Of a DNA stretch of 64,000 bases, positions 61,465 through 64,000 are shown piece by piece; positions within the stretch are counted from its first letter, which is position 1; each line of letters starts with the position of its first letter. The position numbers and the translations under genes were made by a program. The notes under the pieces were generated by a model that made no database searches, was not told where the DNA came from, and saw nothing but the letters and a program-made list of their open reading frames with translations. Where the stretch lies: assembly GCA_018304425.1 (NCBI GenBank), contig JAGVWE010000004.1, positions 219,189 to 283,188 on the forward strand. Direction: 5' to 3'. This DNA comes from Candidatus Iainarchaeum sp. (GTDB taxonomy: Archaea > Iainarchaeota > Iainarchaeia > Iainarchaeales > UBA10219).

Positions 61465-64000
61465 TCAGTTGGTGTACACGCCGGCGTTGTTCTCGAGGTG
61501 GCCTCCCGCGCACATGACGCCGTTGCCGAGTTTCTTGTACCAGGCCTCGTGCTGGTTCTGGTAGCCGCACTTCCAGGCAAACCAGTAGTCCTGGTCCTCC
61601 GGCAGCTTGACCAGCGAGAGGTAAGGATAGCCCTTGGGGTCGGGAGCTGCCGGGACATGGTAGACCTTGGTGAGCACGACCTTGGTGGCGGGCACACTCC
61701 AGTCACCCGGCATGTCCGTGAGGTTCTGGTTAAACCAGGCCGAGGGGTCCTTCAGCGTGATGCTCATCTCCATGGCATTGGTTCCATTGTAAATTCCATA
61801 GGTTGGGCTAAAGACAATGCCGTGGTTTTTCAGGACGTCGTCAATGACGGTGCCGACATCGGGGTCCAACTTCTTGAATTCTGCCAGCAATGTATAGAAC
61901 GACTGGTTGTTGCCTTGTTCACCGCCATCCACTTTGTCGTATTCCCTATCAAAGCCCTCGTCGAGTAGCCTTAACAGCTTGTACTCGTCTTTGAGTTTCA
62001 CCATTGCATCGCTGATGCGTTTCGTGTCGCTGTCCCTGCCCATGACATAGGCTTCCACGGCGTTCTTGTACTCGCCGTAGCTCGGCAAGCCGAAGTTGCT
62101 GCCAATCCATTCGTCGTCCGAGCCGGGGTTGACCTGCTTGTCGAGTTCGAGGTGGTAGGTCATGGACTTTTCGGGGTCATCGCCGTCCACTTCCAGGTCG
62201 TAAATGGCGAGGGTCGTGCAGGTGCCGTTGCCCATGCACGTGATGGGGTCGTTGCGTTCCTTGTCTATGAAGTAGTCCGCGTTCTCCTTGTAGAAGTCCG
62301 CGCAGTACGCGTAGGCCGGGTCCTTGTCCTTGCCCTCGTCAAAGGCTTCCGAGCAGGCAATCATTTTCCGGGCCTCGTCCAACCCATAGGAGTCGCCGCC
62401 GTTGCCGGCCTCGAGTTTCACGGACTTCTTGTTCAACGCGTAGTAGAACGGCTTATAGCAGTCCTCTGCATAGGCTTTGCCGTTGCATAAATCGTACAGG
62501 CCTTCGAACCGTGTGGGGCTCGCATTCTTTTGGCCTTGTGCGGGCGGCCTCAGTTTGAGGCTGTGGTCAATGGTTTTGCCGTCCAAGGCAGTGGCCTGCC
62601 GCTTCAAGGACAACGCGTCCAAGTAACCCGGGTCAGCCGCGTACGGTCGGCCGCTGAACGTATAGTACAGGGTCCGGCCCAGTTTCTCGGCTTCCTTGGC
62701 CCCGGCCTGGAACAACACGGTGTTGCCCGAGAACACGGTGGCATCCTCGTCGTTCAAGGGCATGGAGGGTTCTTTTTCCAGGGGGCGGAGGCCCGGGTGG
62801 ATGATTAAGTATGCGTTGCCTGCATTGACTCCATAGCTGGCCGCTACCTCGACCTGGTTGCCCCGGCCTCCCTTGAGGCCCGCAATCAAGTCATTGGCTT
62901 CGCTGCTGAACTGCCACCAGGCAATGCCTTGCTGGATGACTTCGCCTGCTGCCAGCGCCCATCCCACGAAGGGAACGGCTTTCACCAGCACCGAACCCGT
63001 CTTCGTGGTAGCGAATGCGCCAAACTTGCCTGCCACCCTCACCGCGGCAACGGCTCCGGCCTTGGCGCCCTTGGCGGCCCGGAATGCCTTCCAAGCCGTG
63101 TTTACCGTCTTCCAGTCCTGCGCCGTCTTAAACCATTTCGCGGCCGGCGCGAACTTGGCAGCTACTGCCTTGCCAGCCGCCTGAATCGGTTCGGCTACGC
63201 CAATCTTGTCCGCGCTCCAGGCAATGCCCTTGCCAGTGGCTCTCAGCATGTGGCCAATGCCTACCGCCACCCAGGTCGCGGGGTGCGCGTGGGCAATGAG
63301 TTGCGTGGCCCGTAACGCGCCCGCCCAGCCCTTGAAGTTGCTGAGCAATCGGGCCATGCTACCCCGCAACCGCGCCCAGGACCAGAACCGCACGGCGTCT
63401 CCCGTGGTCTTGGCCGCTGCCGCGGCGCCTGGAGCTGCACCCGTGCCTGGTGCCACGGTCGTGCCGCCGGTCGCCGGTGCTCCCCCTCCCACAGCAGCCC
63501 CGCCTTCCTTGGCCCCTCCGGGTTCCGCAAGCCTCGCGAGGGGCGGACCAATTGGTTCTGCAACGACTGGTTTGCTAGTGCCCGTCCACCAGTCAATGAT
63601 TCCCTGGTTTTCTACCGCTCGCGCGCGTGCCGCTTTCAAGTCGTCTTCAATTCTTGCCACGTTGCGTCGCGCGTTAGCCAGTTGCTCGGCCGAAGCCTTG
63701 GGGTCGTTGAGCCTTGCTTGGGCCGCCTTGAGGTCTCCGTCGAGTTTTGCGATTTCCTTTTGGTCTTCTGCCAGCCACTTCCTTGCCTCCGTGACCCCGG
63801 ATGGTTCCGCGCCGGCGCCCGGCATGGTTGCCGCCGGAGTTGCAGCCGCTTTCGCAGTCAATGCAGCAATTTCCTTTTCAAGGTCATCGATTTGCCTTGC
63901 CAGTGCCTGTTGTGCCCTTCTTGCTTCTGGGATAAGCTTTTGTTCGAGTTCCGGCACTTTTGCGCCACCCGAAGCCCGCAAGCTGTTCAATTCATCGGTC
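61465..64000 (-). CDS. Large hypothetical protein (5' end outside window): coiled coil, Ala/Gly-rich hydrophobic region, globular C-terminal domain
   Basis: The frame is open to the window edge. Heptad repeats, then KAVPFVGWALAAGEVIQQGIAWWQF, then a Cys/Tyr/Asp-rich C-terminal region. Confidence 0.82.
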   Translation of the reverse strand, partial: TDELNSLRASGGAKVPELEQKLIPEARRAQQALARQIDDLEKEIAALTAKAAATPAATMPGAGAEPSGVTEARKWLAEDQKEIAKLDGDLKAAQARLNDPKASAEQLANARRNVARIEDDLKAARARAVENQGIIDWWTGTSKPVVAEPIGPPLARLAEPGGAKEGGAAVGGGAPATGGTTVAPGTGAAPGAAAAAKTTGDAVRFWSWARLRGSMARLLSNFKGWAGALRATQLIAHAHPATWVAVGIGHMLRATGKGIAWSADKIGVAEPIQAAGKAVAAKFAPAAKWFKTAQDWKTVNTAWKAFRAAKGAKAGAVAAVRVAGKFGAFATTKTGSVLVKAVPFVGWALAAGEVIQQGIAWWQFSSEANDLIAGLKGGRGNQVEVAASYGVNAGNAYLIIHPGLRPLEKEPSMPLNDEDATVFSGNTVLFQAGAKEAEKLGRTLYYTFSGRPYAADPGYLDALSLKRQATALDGKTIDHSLKLRPPAQGQKNASPTRFEGLYDLCNGKAYAEDCYKPFYYALNKKSVKLEAGNGGDSYGLDEARKMIACSEAFDEGKDKDPAYAYCADFYKENADYFIDKERNDPITCMGNGTCTTLAIYDLEVDGDDPEKSMTYHLELDKQVNPGSDDEWIGSNFGLPSYGEYKNAVEAYVMGRDSDTKRISDAMVKLKDEYKLLRLLDEGFDREYDKVDGGEQGNNQSFYTLLAEFKKLDPDVGTVIDDVLKNHGIVFSPTYGIYNGTNAMEMSITLKDPSAWFNQNLTDMPGDWSVPATKVVLTKVYHVPAAPDPKGYPYLSLVKLPEDQDYWFAWKCGYQNQHEAWYKKLGNGVMCAGGHLENNAGVYTN

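Noticed and set aside
23928-64000. Prophage or contractile injection system
   Set aside because: No integrase, terminase, capsid, sheath, tube or baseplate motifs were recognised. The giant proteins have membrane anchors and host-like codon usage.

Overview
Archaeal genomic window. The archaeal call rests on an archaeal-type HisRS, a type II methionine aminopeptidase, a family B DNA polymerase with a C-terminal PIP box, TATA-like promoters and tRNA genes without encoded CCA. Gene content suggests a DPANN-like lineage, but that assignment is inference only. Almost everything is on the minus strand. (1) 1-8.8 kb is a histidine locus: tRNA-His, a structured His-codon-rich leader, then hisD, hisC+HAD phosphatase fusion (frameshifted), hisB, hisH, hisF, hisA+hisI fusion, hisG, hisS and a GNAT acetyltransferase; no hisE is present. 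(2) 8.9-15 kb holds tRNA-Leu, two tRNA-Arg genes, short palindromic repeats, membrane proteins, map and polB. (3) 15-24 kb holds coiled-coil proteins, a catalytically degenerate HerA/FtsK-like ATPase, two paralogous Cys-rich lipoproteins, five small membrane proteins and two RHH/PIN toxin-antitoxin pairs. (4) 24-64 kb is a surface-protein island. It has four giant paralogous membrane-anchored proteins (about 2375-2803 aa) that share an N-terminal motif, Ig-like/carboxypeptidase-regulatory-like repeats and a CDAxQ...LP(F/L)D module. They differ in internal hydrophobic hairpins, variable cargo inserts and C-terminal tips (cupredoxin, lysozyme-like). The island also has a large class III signal peptide (pilin-like) protein, secreted proteins, an AAA_14/DUF4143 ATPase and a partial Ala/Gly-rich protein. 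The two best candidates for an undescribed system are the giant-protein cell-contact/membrane-insertion apparatus and the tRNA-His-containing leader of the his operon. All calls were made by eye, without database searches.
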